A DNA stretch of 64,000 bases from Coprobacillus sp. (GTDB taxonomy: Bacteria > Bacillota_I > Bacilli_A > RFN20 > CAG-826). The notes beneath the pieces were generated by a model. That model saw nothing but the letters and a program-made list of their open reading frames with translations. It was not told the origin of the DNA and searched no databases. The stretch is taken from assembly GCA_021203905.1 (NCBI GenBank), contig JAJQAG010000004.1:129939-193938 (forward strand), in the 5' to 3' direction. Both the position numbers and the translations under genes were made by a program. Positions 48,120 through 58,083 of this stretch are shown here, piece by piece. Every line of letters starts with the position of its first letter. The stretch's first letter is position 1.

Positions 48120-50723
48120 ATGGCAAAGCTCATACTCGTTGATGGTAATTCCTTATTGTTTAGAGCATTCTACGCTACGGCATACTCTTCTCCTAATGGG
48201 ATTATGAGAACTTCTAGTGGTGTCCCCACAAACGCAATCTTCTCTTTTAGTGCGATGATTAATCGCATCTTAAAGGATCTTAATCAAGGGGACTATTTTA
48301 TGGTGGCTTTTGATGCGGGTAAAAAGACCTTTAGGAATGAAGAGTTAGAAACCTATAAAGCGAATCGAAAAGCCGCACCAGACGAGCTTGTCAAGCAATT
48401 CCCCATTGCCAGAGAATTCCTTAAAGCTCTCAATATCTTTCAATTTCAAGAAGAGGGGTATGAAGGGGATGATATTATTGGTTCGCTATCTTCGATAGCG
48501 GAATCACAGAATATCAAGACCATTATCTATACTTCAGATAGAGATTTCCTTCAATTAGTGAATGACAAGATTAACGTCAATATCCTTATTAAGGGGATGA
48601 GTGATACAGAATTATATGATACCCAAAAAGTCTATGACAAATATGGGTTTGGACCAGAGTTTATACCAGACTACAAAGGATTAAGAGGTGACAGTGCAGA
48701 TAACCTAAAAGGCATCAGTGGCGTGGGTGAAAAGACCGCTTCAAAACTTATTGAAACCTATGGTGACTTCGATAGTATCGTGAAGGCCATGGAAAATGAT
48801 ACTTCTAAGGTTGGCCAATCAATCATCGCAGAGCAAGATCAAGGAAGACTCTGTAAACAACTTGGTATCATAAGAAAAGATATTGAATTACCTTTTGACC
48901 TTAAAGATACACTTTATGAGGGCTACTCTTTTAATCACATTAAAGAGTTCTGTGATAAGTATGAGCTTAAGACCTTTCTCAATCGTCTCATTAATAAATG
49001 GAAGAGAGATGATGAAGAGGAGGAGATGGTTGTTTCTGATATTAGTGAACTCGATACCAAAGATGTGAATGAGATTGGAATTGCTATCGATCTTGAAGAT
49101 GAAGAGGATTACTACAACTCCCCTATTCTTGGGGTGGGATTACATATTAAAGATAAGAACTTCTATGTCGATATCCCCACACTTAAAAAGACAAAAGATC
49201 TTCTAGATCTTTTAAGAAACGAAAATGTCAAGAAATACTGCTACGATTATAAATGCATAAAGGTGGCCCTATCCACGCAAGGAATTGAGATTAATGGATT
49301 AGCATTTGATATCTTAATTGCCACCTATCTCCTTGATACCTCTCTTAATAAGAATGCTGAACATATCTTCTCTTACTTTGGAGAGAATATCTCATCGAGA
49401 AAAGATAACACCATGTCGCTTCTTGATATGGATAACTCCTTAACCACTACCAAGATTGCCTACTTTAGTTATAAGCTCGCTCCTAAAGTGGTCACTGATC
49501 TCTCGATTAGTAAGATGCTAGATTTATATAATGATCTCGAATTACCACTTGTTGATACCTTAGCCAATATGGAAATAGAGGGTTTCCCACTAGATAGAGG
49601 AGAGCTAGAAGAATATGGGAAGCAATACCAAGAGATAATTAACGAGAAAGAGCAAGAGATATACCAATTAGCGGGTAAGGAGTTCAATCTTAATTCTCCA
49701 AAGCAACTCGCGACTCTATTGTTTGAAGATCTTGGACTCTATGATAGAAGCGGAAATGGTTCCACTTCAGTAGAGAATCTCAATGAAATCAGAGAGGAAC
49801 ATCCTATCATCCCCGCGATACTAGAATATCGAAAGTACTTTAAACTCCTCTCTACCTATGTCAATGGCTTGACCGCTCATATCAGAGAGGATAATAAAAT
49901 CCACGCTCAATTTAACCAAGCTCAGACCCAGACAGGAAGATTATCATCTTCTAATCCCAACCTTCAAAACATCCCTGCCAGAGATGAAGAAAGTAAGTTT
50001 ATAAGAAAAGCTATGCACTATGAAGATGAGAATCTAGAGATATTATCTCTAGACTACTCGCAAATTGAATTACGAGTGCTCGCGCATATGTCAGGATGCC
50101 AAACCATGATAGATATCTTTAATTCAGGTTTAGACATTCATGGAGAAATGAGTAAAAGAATCTTCCATCTTGATGGTGAACCCACAGCGGAGCAAAGAAG
50201 AAAAGCTAAAACAGTAAACTTTGGTATCATCTACGGAATAAGTGATTGGGGTTTAGCGGATCGTCTTTCTATCCCTTTAAAAGAAGCCAAAGAAATCATC
50301 ACTTCCTTCTATAAGGAATTCCCAGAAATAGAAGCCTATCTTAATAAGATTAAAGAAGCCGCTAATAAAGATGGTTATGTCTCCACAATTATGGGAAGAA
50401 GAAGATATTTATCGGGAATTAATGATAGTAACTACCAAGTAAGAGAATTCCAAAAGAGAGCGGCGGTCAATGCTCCAATACAAGGTAGCGCCGCGGATCT
50501 TATTAAAACCGCAATGGTGAAATGCGAAAAGGCTTTAAAAGAAAAAGGACTTGAAACGAAGATGATCCTTCAAATCCATGATGAGCTTATCTTTAAGGTC
50601 CCAGTTAAAGAAAAAGAAATCGTCTTACCACTTCTTAAAGATATCATGTCAAATGCCTTAAAACTCAATGTTCCCTTAGAGGTAAACGGAGGCTTTGGCA
50701 AGGATTGGTATGAAGCAAAATAG
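48120..50723 (+). CDS. polA: DNA polymerase I
   Basis: 867 aa. 5'-3' exonuclease N-terminus and Pol A motifs DYSQIELRVLAH and RRKAKTVNFGIIYG. Confidence 0.95.
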   Translation: MAKLILVDGNSLLFRAFYATAYSSPNGIMRTSSGVPTNAIFSFSAMINRILKDLNQGDYFMVAFDAGKKTFRNEELETYKANRKAAPDELVKQFPIAREFLKALNIFQFQEEGYEGDDIIGSLSSIAESQNIKTIIYTSDRDFLQLVNDKINVNILIKGMSDTELYDTQKVYDKYGFGPEFIPDYKGLRGDSADNLKGISGVGEKTASKLIETYGDFDSIVKAMENDTSKVGQSIIAEQDQGRLCKQLGIIRKDIELPFDLKDTLYEGYSFNHIKEFCDKYELKTFLNRLINKWKRDDEEEEMVVSDISELDTKDVNEIGIAIDLEDEEDYYNSPILGVGLHIKDKNFYVDIPTLKKTKDLLDLLRNENVKKYCYDYKCIKVALSTQGIEINGLAFDILIATYLLDTSLNKNAEHIFSYFGENISSRKDNTMSLLDMDNSLTTTKIAYFSYKLAPKVVTDLSISKMLDLYNDLELPLVDTLANMEIEGFPLDRGELEEYGKQYQEIINEKEQEIYQLAGKEFNLNSPKQLATLLFEDLGLYDRSGNGSTSVENLNEIREEHPIIPAILEYRKYFKLLSTYVNGLTAHIREDNKIHAQFNQAQTQTGRLSSSNPNLQNIPARDEESKFIRKAMHYEDENLEILSLDYSQIELRVLAHMSGCQTMIDIFNSGLDIHGEMSKRIFHLDGEPTAEQRRKAKTVNFGIIYGISDWGLADRLSIPLKEAKEIITSFYKEFPEIEAYLNKIKEAANKDGYVSTIMGRRRYLSGINDSNYQVREFQKRAAVNAPIQGSAADLIKTAMVKCEKALKEKGLETKMILQIHDELIFKVPVKEKEIVLPLLKDIMSNALKLNVPLEVNGGFGKDWYEAK

Positions 50724-50731
50724 AGGTTAAA

Positions 50732-52123
50732 ATGCCAGAGTTACCAGAAGTCGAAACAATTCGCAATATCTTAAAATCCATTGTGATTGGAAAAACCATT
50801 TCAAACGTGGATGTTTTTCGTGAAAAAACTATTTTAAGTGATGTGAATGAATTCAAAAATAATTTAGTGGGAGCCACGATAAAAGATATAGAGAGAAAAG
50901 GGAAATTTCTCATCTTTGTTTACGACAATAATTACGCTTTACTCTCTCACCTACGCATGGAAGGAAAGTATTATCTCTTAGAGGAAGAGACACCAAATAC
51001 TAAGTATGCTAGAGTGGTCTTTCACTTTACAGATAACACCAAATTGTGCTTTGATGATTCGCGATGCTTCGGGATTATGAAATTAGCAAAAACAGCGGAA
51101 ATTTACGAAGAAAAAGAATTAAAAAGCTTAGGATTAGAGCCTTTTGAAATTTCTGATGTCGATTTTTTGATGAAACGGAATAAGAAAAGTAATAAACCCA
51201 TTAAGTCAACCTTGCTAGATCAAACTCAAATTGCTGGTCTTGGGAACATTTATGCGGATGAAGTTCTCTTCTATAGTGGTATTAACCCACTAGAAAAAGC
51301 GAAAGATATAACTAAAGATCAATGGAAAACGATTATTAAAAATGCCGTTATTATTTTAAATAACGCGATTAAAGATGGAGGCAGTACAGTGCATTCCTAT
51401 CACCCCGCTGATGGAATTGACGGCAATTTCCAAACAAAATTAAAAGCGTACGGAAAACGAGGAGAAAATTGTCCCAATTGTGGACACGAATTGTATTATA
51501 AAAAGATTAATGGACGAGGCTCTACTTATTGCCCGATGTGTCAAAAGAAGCAACACCCGCCTATCTTTGTTGGTTTAACTGGTCCTATCTCTAGCGGAAA
51601 ATCTGTTGTTCTTGAAATATTCAAGAGAGAAGGTTGCTCTGTTCTTTCATGCGATGAGGTGGTTCATGAGTTATATAAACAACCAGAGGTTATTACAAAA
51701 ATCTCCTCTATCACGGGCTTAAAATTTGGAAATGAAGTTGATAGAAATGCTTTACGAGAATACACAAACGGCAATCTTAAGGCTCTAAAACGCATTGATA
51801 ATTACATCCATCCTCTTGTGAGAAAGTATGTAAGCGAATTTCTTGATGAAGCCTGTGGTAGCGCTGTTGTGGAAGTTCCACTTCTTTTTGAAAGTCATTT
51901 CCAAGATCTATTTGATTACATTGTCGCAGTTTCTATCTCTAAAGATAGGCAGTTAAAATACCTTAGAGCGAGAGAAGAGCATTTTGAAGAAATGCTTGAA
52001 TTAAACGGAAAAGAAAACACCTTCTACACAGAGAAGGCGGATTATGTCATAAAAAATGACGGAGATTTAGAACAACTTTCGAAGGAAGTTAAGACTTTTC
52101 TTCGTAAAGTCCAGCGAGATTAG
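50732..52123 (+). CDS. mutM-coaE: formamidopyrimidine-DNA glycosylase fused in-frame to dephospho-CoA kinase
   Basis: The N-terminus reads PELPEVE and the Fpg domain ends in the Zn finger CPNC...CPMC. This is followed directly by the CoaE P-loop IFVGLTGPISSGKS. There is no stop between the two domains. Confidence 0.8.
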   Translation: MPELPEVETIRNILKSIVIGKTISNVDVFREKTILSDVNEFKNNLVGATIKDIERKGKFLIFVYDNNYALLSHLRMEGKYYLLEEETPNTKYARVVFHFTDNTKLCFDDSRCFGIMKLAKTAEIYEEKELKSLGLEPFEISDVDFLMKRNKKSNKPIKSTLLDQTQIAGLGNIYADEVLFYSGINPLEKAKDITKDQWKTIIKNAVIILNNAIKDGGSTVHSYHPADGIDGNFQTKLKAYGKRGENCPNCGHELYYKKINGRGSTYCPMCQKKQHPPIFVGLTGPISSGKSVVLEIFKREGCSVLSCDEVVHELYKQPEVITKISSITGLKFGNEVDRNALREYTNGNLKALKRIDNYIHPLVRKYVSEFLDEACGSAVVEVPLLFESHFQDLFDYIVAVSISKDRQLKYLRAREEHFEEMLELNGKENTFYTEKADYVIKNDGDLEQLSKEVKTFLRKVQRD

Positions 52124-52979
52124 AAACCACAATCTCATGGTCACAATCAAGAGCAATAAGATCGACGAGATCTTTTGCTTTGTATCGAGAATCTTTACTC
52201 ACAGTAATATAGTGTTCAAATAATTCATTAAAGGAGAACTTTGAAACATAAATTGTTTCAAGTTGTCTCTCATTTCTAAACTTAATAATCTTTTTGATGA
52301 TTTGATCACGGATGTAATCATTCGCAAATTCTTCTCCAAAATTATCCAAGACGAGAAGATTACAGCGGGAGTATCTTTTAATCATCTCTTCTCTCTCTTC
52401 TTCACTAGCTTTATTCATTTCGTTAATGCGGTAGACACTATCAAGATAGCAGATTTTGTCCACTCCATCTTTAGCGATTTCATTCGTAATCGCGGTGGCT
52501 AGATATGACTTACCAGTATTCTCCGCTCCTTGAATATAAGTAGACTTACGATCAAAGTAGGCTCTTTGAATGGCATCATATCTCTTCTTAGAGGTATCAA
52601 GATTTCCGGTCTTAATATCAAGAATGTCCCACTCTTGGGGATAATCTCTAAGAATGTATCTTGTATTTAGTGTGGTTAACTTAAGGATTTGTTGGCAGGG
52701 AATAAATAGTTCTTCCACCACTCCAGAGTGAACTTTGATATTACTGGTGACAAAGCTCTCTTTCGAGCACTTTTCAATTCCAGGACATTTGGAACAAATT
52801 AAATGATCACAGACATAGTCATAAACACTGTAAATATATTCATCAAGGAGCTTCTCATCAAGATTAGCGGGTAATGGAACTTCTTTTTCGTGCTTTTTAA
52901 TAAAAGCTTTCATCGAAGCAATTTGCTTGGTGTCTCTTTTTATTCCTAATTCATCGATGTTGATATTAATCTTTTCCAT
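52089..52979 (-). CDS. dnaI: primosomal helicase loader DnaI
   Basis: 296 aa. AAA+ Walker A GAENTGKSYLA and Walker B LLVLDNFGEE. An N-terminal Zn-binding domain is present. Confidence 0.85.
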   Translation of the reverse strand: MEKININIDELGIKRDTKQIASMKAFIKKHEKEVPLPANLDEKLLDEYIYSVYDYVCDHLICSKCPGIEKCSKESFVTSNIKVHSGVVEELFIPCQQILKLTTLNTRYILRDYPQEWDILDIKTGNLDTSKKRYDAIQRAYFDRKSTYIQGAENTGKSYLATAITNEIAKDGVDKICYLDSVYRINEMNKASEEEREEMIKRYSRCNLLVLDNFGEEFANDYIRDQIIKKIIKFRNERQLETIYVSKFSFNELFEHYITVSKDSRYKAKDLVDLIALDCDHEIVVSNLAGLYEEKS

Positions 52980-54228
52980 GGCTTATTGAGTTGATGAGAG
53001 CGTCCCAATCCTCCTTACTGATTTCATCGTCTTCTTCCTCACCTTTCTTAGAAGGAGTATGAGGAGAAGGAAGTTTAGTGGTCGTGTTATAAAGATACTC
53101 AAAAGCATCTTTTGCACAAGTGCATTTCTGTCTCTTTAGTGAGGCTCCTACCTTATCAAGGTAGGAAAACTTAAGAATGTTATTACAACGATCAAGGGTA
53201 AATTCAATTAAAGCGTTTAAGACTGAATTCGCTAAACCATACTTCATAGAAATATAGTTAATGGCTTTGATATCTGAGTCTGCGGGGGTGGTATAACCTT
53301 GTAAACGAGAGAGGTAATCAGTGGGTGAAAGGGTTTCACAAGTGTTGATCTTCTCTCCTAGTTCTGTTGTGGAGGAAACCTTATCACCACTTGATTTCTC
53401 CTTGGGAGTGTACATCACTCTATCGTGATGATAGAGAAGGATTTGACTAAGTAAGGTGTCAAAGTCCACTCTCTCACCTTTTGGTTTCTCACTATCGTAG
53501 ATCTTAAGGAAGATCTCCGCTCCTTGTTCTTCTTGAATTCCATTAAGAGTGAAGAGGGAGACAAGGCGATTGAGTTCGTCTCTTGTTAGAGCGTCTTGAT
53601 AATAGGCATAACCCCCATTCTTCTCTTTAACAAACTGGAAGAAGAGATCAACATCAAATTCAGAAACTATGTTTCTGGTACGGCGACTCTTCATCTTTTT
53701 ATTGTGGGAAGTCGTAATATCAAACATCGCACTATCAATATCCGCGATCCCAAAGGCTTCTTGGAAATTAGAGGTGATGTCATCGCCTTCATCATGACCT
53801 TCACTAAGATAATATAAAGACTTAATTCTCTCCGCTTCATCTTTTCCAAGAGAACTTTCAAAAAGAGAACTTCGATAGGGATCCACAAAGAATTGACTAG
53901 GAACGACAGGGGCTCTTAATTCATAGTGGTAGATGCTCGCTCCATTAGTGGTTTCAAGTTTTGTCTTAAGAAGTCCAATCCCTTCTAGTTTTTCTCTTGC
54001 ATCCATAAAGGTTTGAGAATTCATCTTGAGACGATTCCAAAAGTTTTCGTGAGTGGATAAGGAGAAGACTTCTTGATTTCTTGCTTCCGCCATAAAAGAA
54101 AAATATAAAGCCACGGCTTCATATCCAATAATGGGTTGATAGAGATTAACAAGAGTCTCTCGATCGTAGTCCGCAACGAGAGAACCAAATCTCACACTAA
54201 AGTAATCTTGTCCACTTACTATTACCAT
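52966..54228 (-). CDS. dnaB: replication initiation/membrane attachment protein, DnaD-domain DnaB of the Bacillus type
   Basis: 420 aa with a DnaD-like C-terminal region. It lies immediately upstream of dnaI and overlaps it by 14 nt. Confidence 0.7.
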   Translation of the reverse strand: MVIVSGQDYFSVRFGSLVADYDRETLVNLYQPIIGYEAVALYFSFMAEARNQEVFSLSTHENFWNRLKMNSQTFMDAREKLEGIGLLKTKLETTNGASIYHYELRAPVVPSQFFVDPYRSSLFESSLGKDEAERIKSLYYLSEGHDEGDDITSNFQEAFGIADIDSAMFDITTSHNKKMKSRRTRNIVSEFDVDLFFQFVKEKNGGYAYYQDALTRDELNRLVSLFTLNGIQEEQGAEIFLKIYDSEKPKGERVDFDTLLSQILLYHHDRVMYTPKEKSSGDKVSSTTELGEKINTCETLSPTDYLSRLQGYTTPADSDIKAINYISMKYGLANSVLNALIEFTLDRCNNILKFSYLDKVGASLKRQKCTCAKDAFEYLYNTTTKLPSPHTPSKKGEEEDDEISKEDWDALINSISHGKD

Positions 54229-54289
54229 ACCCTCTTATTATCTAGAAAAGAAAAGGACTATTCAACCAATAATGTTTACATTATTTGAC

Positions 54290-54390
54290 GGTGGAAAACT
54301 TCTCCACCATCTAATTGTGAATAAGTGTTCCACCAAATAAGGCTTTTATGAGTCCTCTTCACATTTATCCACATTTCATTTTGTGCATAA
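54290..54390. promoter_or_regulatory. cluster of DnaA-box-like 9-mers upstream of dnaB-dnaI
   Basis: A perfect TTATCCACA lies at 54365-54373 and an inverted TGTGCATAA (8/9) at 54382-54390. TTCTCCACC and the reverse complement TTTTCCACC (7/9 each) lie at 54290-54308. Confidence 0.35.
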
Positions 54391-54479
54391 CTTTTTCTCT
54401 CCCCTTTGAAATTATTTAAATAATTTACAAAAGGAGAGCGGTAATATACACTATTAGATAGTAAAGGACACGTCTAATT

Positions 54480-55439
54480 ATGGGAAAAAGAATCGCTATT
54501 TTAACTAGTGGAGGTGACGCTCCAGGAATGAATGCGGCAATCAGTGCCATTGTGAGAAAAGGCCTTGATTGTGGGCATGAAATGTTTGTGGTCTACGATG
54601 GTTTCTTAGGCCTCGTCAATGGAGATATCAAACAAGTGGATCGAAAGTTTGTCTCCGGAATCATCAATAAAGGTGGCACTGTGATTAGAACCGCCCGTTA
54701 TCCTGAGTTTGCGGATGTCAGAGTCCAAAAGAAAGCCGTTAAAGTACTTGAAGAAAATAAAATAGATGTCCTCATCGGTATTGGAGGAGATGGAACCTAC
54801 CATGGTCTTTTAGGTCTCCACAATTGTGGAGCGAAGGTGATTGGTCTTCCTGGTACTATCGATAATGATATTGCCACTAGTGATGAAACCATAGGCTTCA
54901 ACACCGCTCTCAACACCATCTGTGATGCCCTTGAGAAATTAAAAGATACTTCCTCTTCTCACTGCCGTTGTGCGGTTGTGGAAGTCATGGGTCGTTATTG
55001 TGCAGATCTTTCAATCTACGCTGCGATTGCAGAGAGTGCGGAGTGTTTAGTGTGTTATGACCACATTATGCCGGATGAAGAATTATTTGAAAGAATTAGA
55101 AAAGTTAAAGAGAGAAAGAGTCACTGCTTAGTGGTGGTTAGTGAGAACTTGCTCGATATTAATGAACTCGCGAATAAGATTGAAGAAGCGACAGGATTTG
55201 AGGCAAAACCAGAAGTTTTAGGTCGTCTCCAAAGAGGTGGAGATCCATGTCCTCAAGATCGAATCTTAGCCGCGAGACTTGGTTGCTATTCCATTGATTT
55301 AATCAACCAAGGTGTCAGTGGAGTGGTTGTCGGCACCAAGGGAACTGAAGTTGCCGCAACAGGAATTAAAGAGGGCTTCGAGCTTCCTCGTACTGATCGT
55401 ACCTCCTATTTTGAAATTGCCGATGTGCTTGGAAAATAA
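54480..55439 (+). CDS. pfkA: ATP-dependent 6-phosphofructokinase
   Basis: 319 aa. Motifs GGDAPGMNAAI and GLPGTIDNDI. Confidence 0.95.
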   Translation: MGKRIAILTSGGDAPGMNAAISAIVRKGLDCGHEMFVVYDGFLGLVNGDIKQVDRKFVSGIINKGGTVIRTARYPEFADVRVQKKAVKVLEENKIDVLIGIGGDGTYHGLLGLHNCGAKVIGLPGTIDNDIATSDETIGFNTALNTICDALEKLKDTSSSHCRCAVVEVMGRYCADLSIYAAIAESAECLVCYDHIMPDEELFERIRKVKERKSHCLVVVSENLLDINELANKIEEATGFEAKPEVLGRLQRGGDPCPQDRILAARLGCYSIDLINQGVSGVVVGTKGTEVAATGIKEGFELPRTDRTSYFEIADVLGK

Positions 55440-56291
55440 ATGAAACAAGTAATCTCACTCGATATTGGTGGAACAAATTTACGGGCCGCTTTAGTGGATA
55501 GTGATTACCATATTCTTAATGTGGTAAGAATGCCAAATCGTTGCTATGGAGATAAGAAGAAATTCTATAGTAATGTTATTGAAATCATCCAACAACTAGA
55601 GCCAGATTTTGATGATGTCATCAATATCTCTTTAGGAGTTCCAGGAAGAGTAAGAAACGATGGTTTTATTGAAGGACTCGCTAATGTGGGAATTAGTGAT
55701 ATCAACCTGGTGAGAGTCTTAAATAGAAAGTTTCATAAAGATGTCTACATCCGTAATGATGCGGAGATGGGTCTTCTTGCGGAAGCCGTTTTAGGCGAAG
55801 GAAAAGGCTATGATGGAGTGTATTTCATCACCATTTCCACAGGAATTGGAGGCGCTTTTGCCTTTAAGGGGCACCTTAAAAACTATGGTAAAGAGATTGG
55901 TCATATCCCAGTCTTAATTGATGATAACTACTACGAGTTGGAAAAGATGTGCTCAGGAGAGGGGATTAAGAGACTTTGTAAACTATATGATTTAGATGTG
56001 AGCTCAGCGTCAGAATTCTTCTCGATGGTGAGAAGTAGTGAGAAGAAGTCTCTTGTGGTCTTTGAAAAGTGGCTTGAGATCTTCTCACGTCTCCTTCGTT
56101 ATGTTAAAAGAGTCTATAATCCAGATATCTTTACCTTTACTGGAGGAGTCTTTAAAAACAAGGATTTAATCTTTTCTAGATTAAAAGAAATGAATCCTGA
56201 CTTAAATATGGTAGAATGTTATTTTAGAGAGGACGCGGGACTTATCGGTTCTGCGGTCTACGGATTTAGTCAAATGGAGGAAGAAGAATGA
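55440..56291 (+). CDS. ROK-family sugar kinase
   Basis: 283 aa. N-terminal ISLDIGGTNLRAALVD. The start abuts the pfkA stop. Confidence 0.75.
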   Translation: MKQVISLDIGGTNLRAALVDSDYHILNVVRMPNRCYGDKKKFYSNVIEIIQQLEPDFDDVINISLGVPGRVRNDGFIEGLANVGISDINLVRVLNRKFHKDVYIRNDAEMGLLAEAVLGEGKGYDGVYFITISTGIGGAFAFKGHLKNYGKEIGHIPVLIDDNYYELEKMCSGEGIKRLCKLYDLDVSSASEFFSMVRSSEKKSLVVFEKWLEIFSRLLRYVKRVYNPDIFTFTGGVFKNKDLIFSRLKEMNPDLNMVECYFREDAGLIGSAVYGFSQMEEEE

Positions 56292-58057
56292 AAATAGTCT
56301 TACACGATGGAAGTATCAAAGAAGTTGATCAAAATTCCACAGAAGCTTTTAACACTCTAAATCACTCCACCGCTCACCTCCTTGCCGAGGCTGTTTTAGC
56401 CCTATATCCTGATGCAAAACTCTCGATAGGCCCTAGTATTGAAGAGGGCTTTTATTATGATATCGATTTTGGAGACACTCCCTTTAGCGAAGATGATTTA
56501 GCCCCAATTGAAAAGAAAATGAAAGAAATATCCGCGAGAGGATATGATATTAAATACATGACTATGACCAAAGCGGCGGCTTTGGAATACTTTAAAGACA
56601 ATCCTTATAAGGTGGAACTAATCACTAATCTCAGTGATGGGGATATTACCGCTTTTAGACAAAATGATTTTATAGATCTTTGTCGAGGACCACATGTCTT
56701 AAATAGTAACTTGATTAAGCACTTTAAGCTCACCTCTGTCGCCGGAGCATACTGGAGAGGTGACAGCCACAATAAACAACTTACAAGAATCTATGGCACC
56801 AGTCATTTTAGTGAAGAGTCTCTTCAAAACTACCTCACCCTTGTAGAGGAAAGAAGGAAGAGAGATCATCGAGTTCTTGGCAAACAACTCGATTTATTTA
56901 TGCTCTCGGAATACGGTCCTGGATTCCCCTTCTGGCTTCCTAACGGAATGGTAATTCGTACAGAAATCGAGAATTTAATCAAGGAAATGCTAAGAAAATA
57001 CGATTATCAGTTAATTTCCACACCAATTGTATTAAGTAAAGAATTATGGGAGACATCAGGTCATTGGGACCACTACCAAAAGAATATGTATCTCACTCAT
57101 GTCGATGAGAGAGAGTTTGCCATTAAACCAATGAACTGTCCTGGAGCCATCCTCGTCTATAACTCCACTCTCCACTCCTATCGAGATTTACCAGTGCGAT
57201 TAGCGGAGTTAGGACTAGATCATCGTCATGAAGCGAGTGGTGCTCTCAATGGTCTTTTTAGAGCGAGAGCCTTTACCCAAGATGATGCTCATATCTTTTG
57301 CACCAGTGCCCAGCTAAGGAGTGAAATCACCCGATGTGTGAAGTTCTTTGATGAAGTCTATTCTCTCTTCCATCTTGATTACACTGTGGAATTATCCACC
57401 CGACCAGAGAAAGATTATATCGGTTCCGTGAGTGTCTGGAATAAGAGTGAAAAAATTCTTGAAGACGCCATAAAGAAAACAGGAAAACCTTATGAAATCA
57501 ATCCTGGAGATGGAGCGTTCTATGGACCAAAACTCGACTTTAAAGTGAGAGATAGCATGAATCGAGTGTGGCAATGTGGCACTATTCAACTCGATATGAA
57601 TCTCCCTCATCGTTTTGGATGTAGTTATATTGACGCCAGCGGGAATAAGGTTGAACCCATTATGATTCATAGAGCGTGCCTTGGTTCTATCGAGAGATTT
57701 ATTGGGGTGCTCATCGAGCACTTCGCTGGAGCCTTCCCCCTTTGGCTCGCACCAATCCAAATAGCAATCCTTCCCGTTAATAACGAGTTCCATTTAAGAT
57801 ACGCAAAATCACTAAAGACAAGTTTAGAGAAACTTGGTTTTAGAGTGAGTCTTGATGAGAGCGAAGAGAAGCTTGGTTATCGTATGAGAAATGCTCAGAT
57901 GAAGAAAATTCCCTACACTATCGTTATCGGAGATAACGAGGTCACAAATAAAACCTTAACTTATCGCACATATAAGGATAAAGAACAGGTCACTGTTCCC
58001 GTTGGTGATTTTAAGAAGAAGATTAAAATCGAAAGAGACCAAAGAAAACTCAATTAA
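56288..58057 (+). CDS. thrS: threonyl-tRNA synthetase with a vestigial N-terminal TGS domain
   Basis: 589 aa. N2 editing domain (HSTAHLL), class II core, and anticodon-binding domain. Only about 15 residues precede N2. The start overlaps the ROK gene stop as ATGA. Confidence 0.93.
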   Translation: MKIVLHDGSIKEVDQNSTEAFNTLNHSTAHLLAEAVLALYPDAKLSIGPSIEEGFYYDIDFGDTPFSEDDLAPIEKKMKEISARGYDIKYMTMTKAAALEYFKDNPYKVELITNLSDGDITAFRQNDFIDLCRGPHVLNSNLIKHFKLTSVAGAYWRGDSHNKQLTRIYGTSHFSEESLQNYLTLVEERRKRDHRVLGKQLDLFMLSEYGPGFPFWLPNGMVIRTEIENLIKEMLRKYDYQLISTPIVLSKELWETSGHWDHYQKNMYLTHVDEREFAIKPMNCPGAILVYNSTLHSYRDLPVRLAELGLDHRHEASGALNGLFRARAFTQDDAHIFCTSAQLRSEITRCVKFFDEVYSLFHLDYTVELSTRPEKDYIGSVSVWNKSEKILEDAIKKTGKPYEINPGDGAFYGPKLDFKVRDSMNRVWQCGTIQLDMNLPHRFGCSYIDASGNKVEPIMIHRACLGSIERFIGVLIEHFAGAFPLWLAPIQIAILPVNNEFHLRYAKSLKTSLEKLGFRVSLDESEEKLGYRMRNAQMKKIPYTIVIGDNEVTNKTLTYRTYKDKEQVTVPVGDFKKKIKIERDQRKLN

Positions 58058-58083
58058 CATCACTTTCAAAGTGGGAGGAAAGA

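Noticed and set aside
54365-54373. Considered whether the perfect DnaA box marks oriC
   Set aside because: There is no dnaA or dnaN nearby and no AT-rich 13-mer unwinding element. Only 2-5 boxes are present, adjacent to dnaB-dnaI. It was treated as a possible regulatory site instead.
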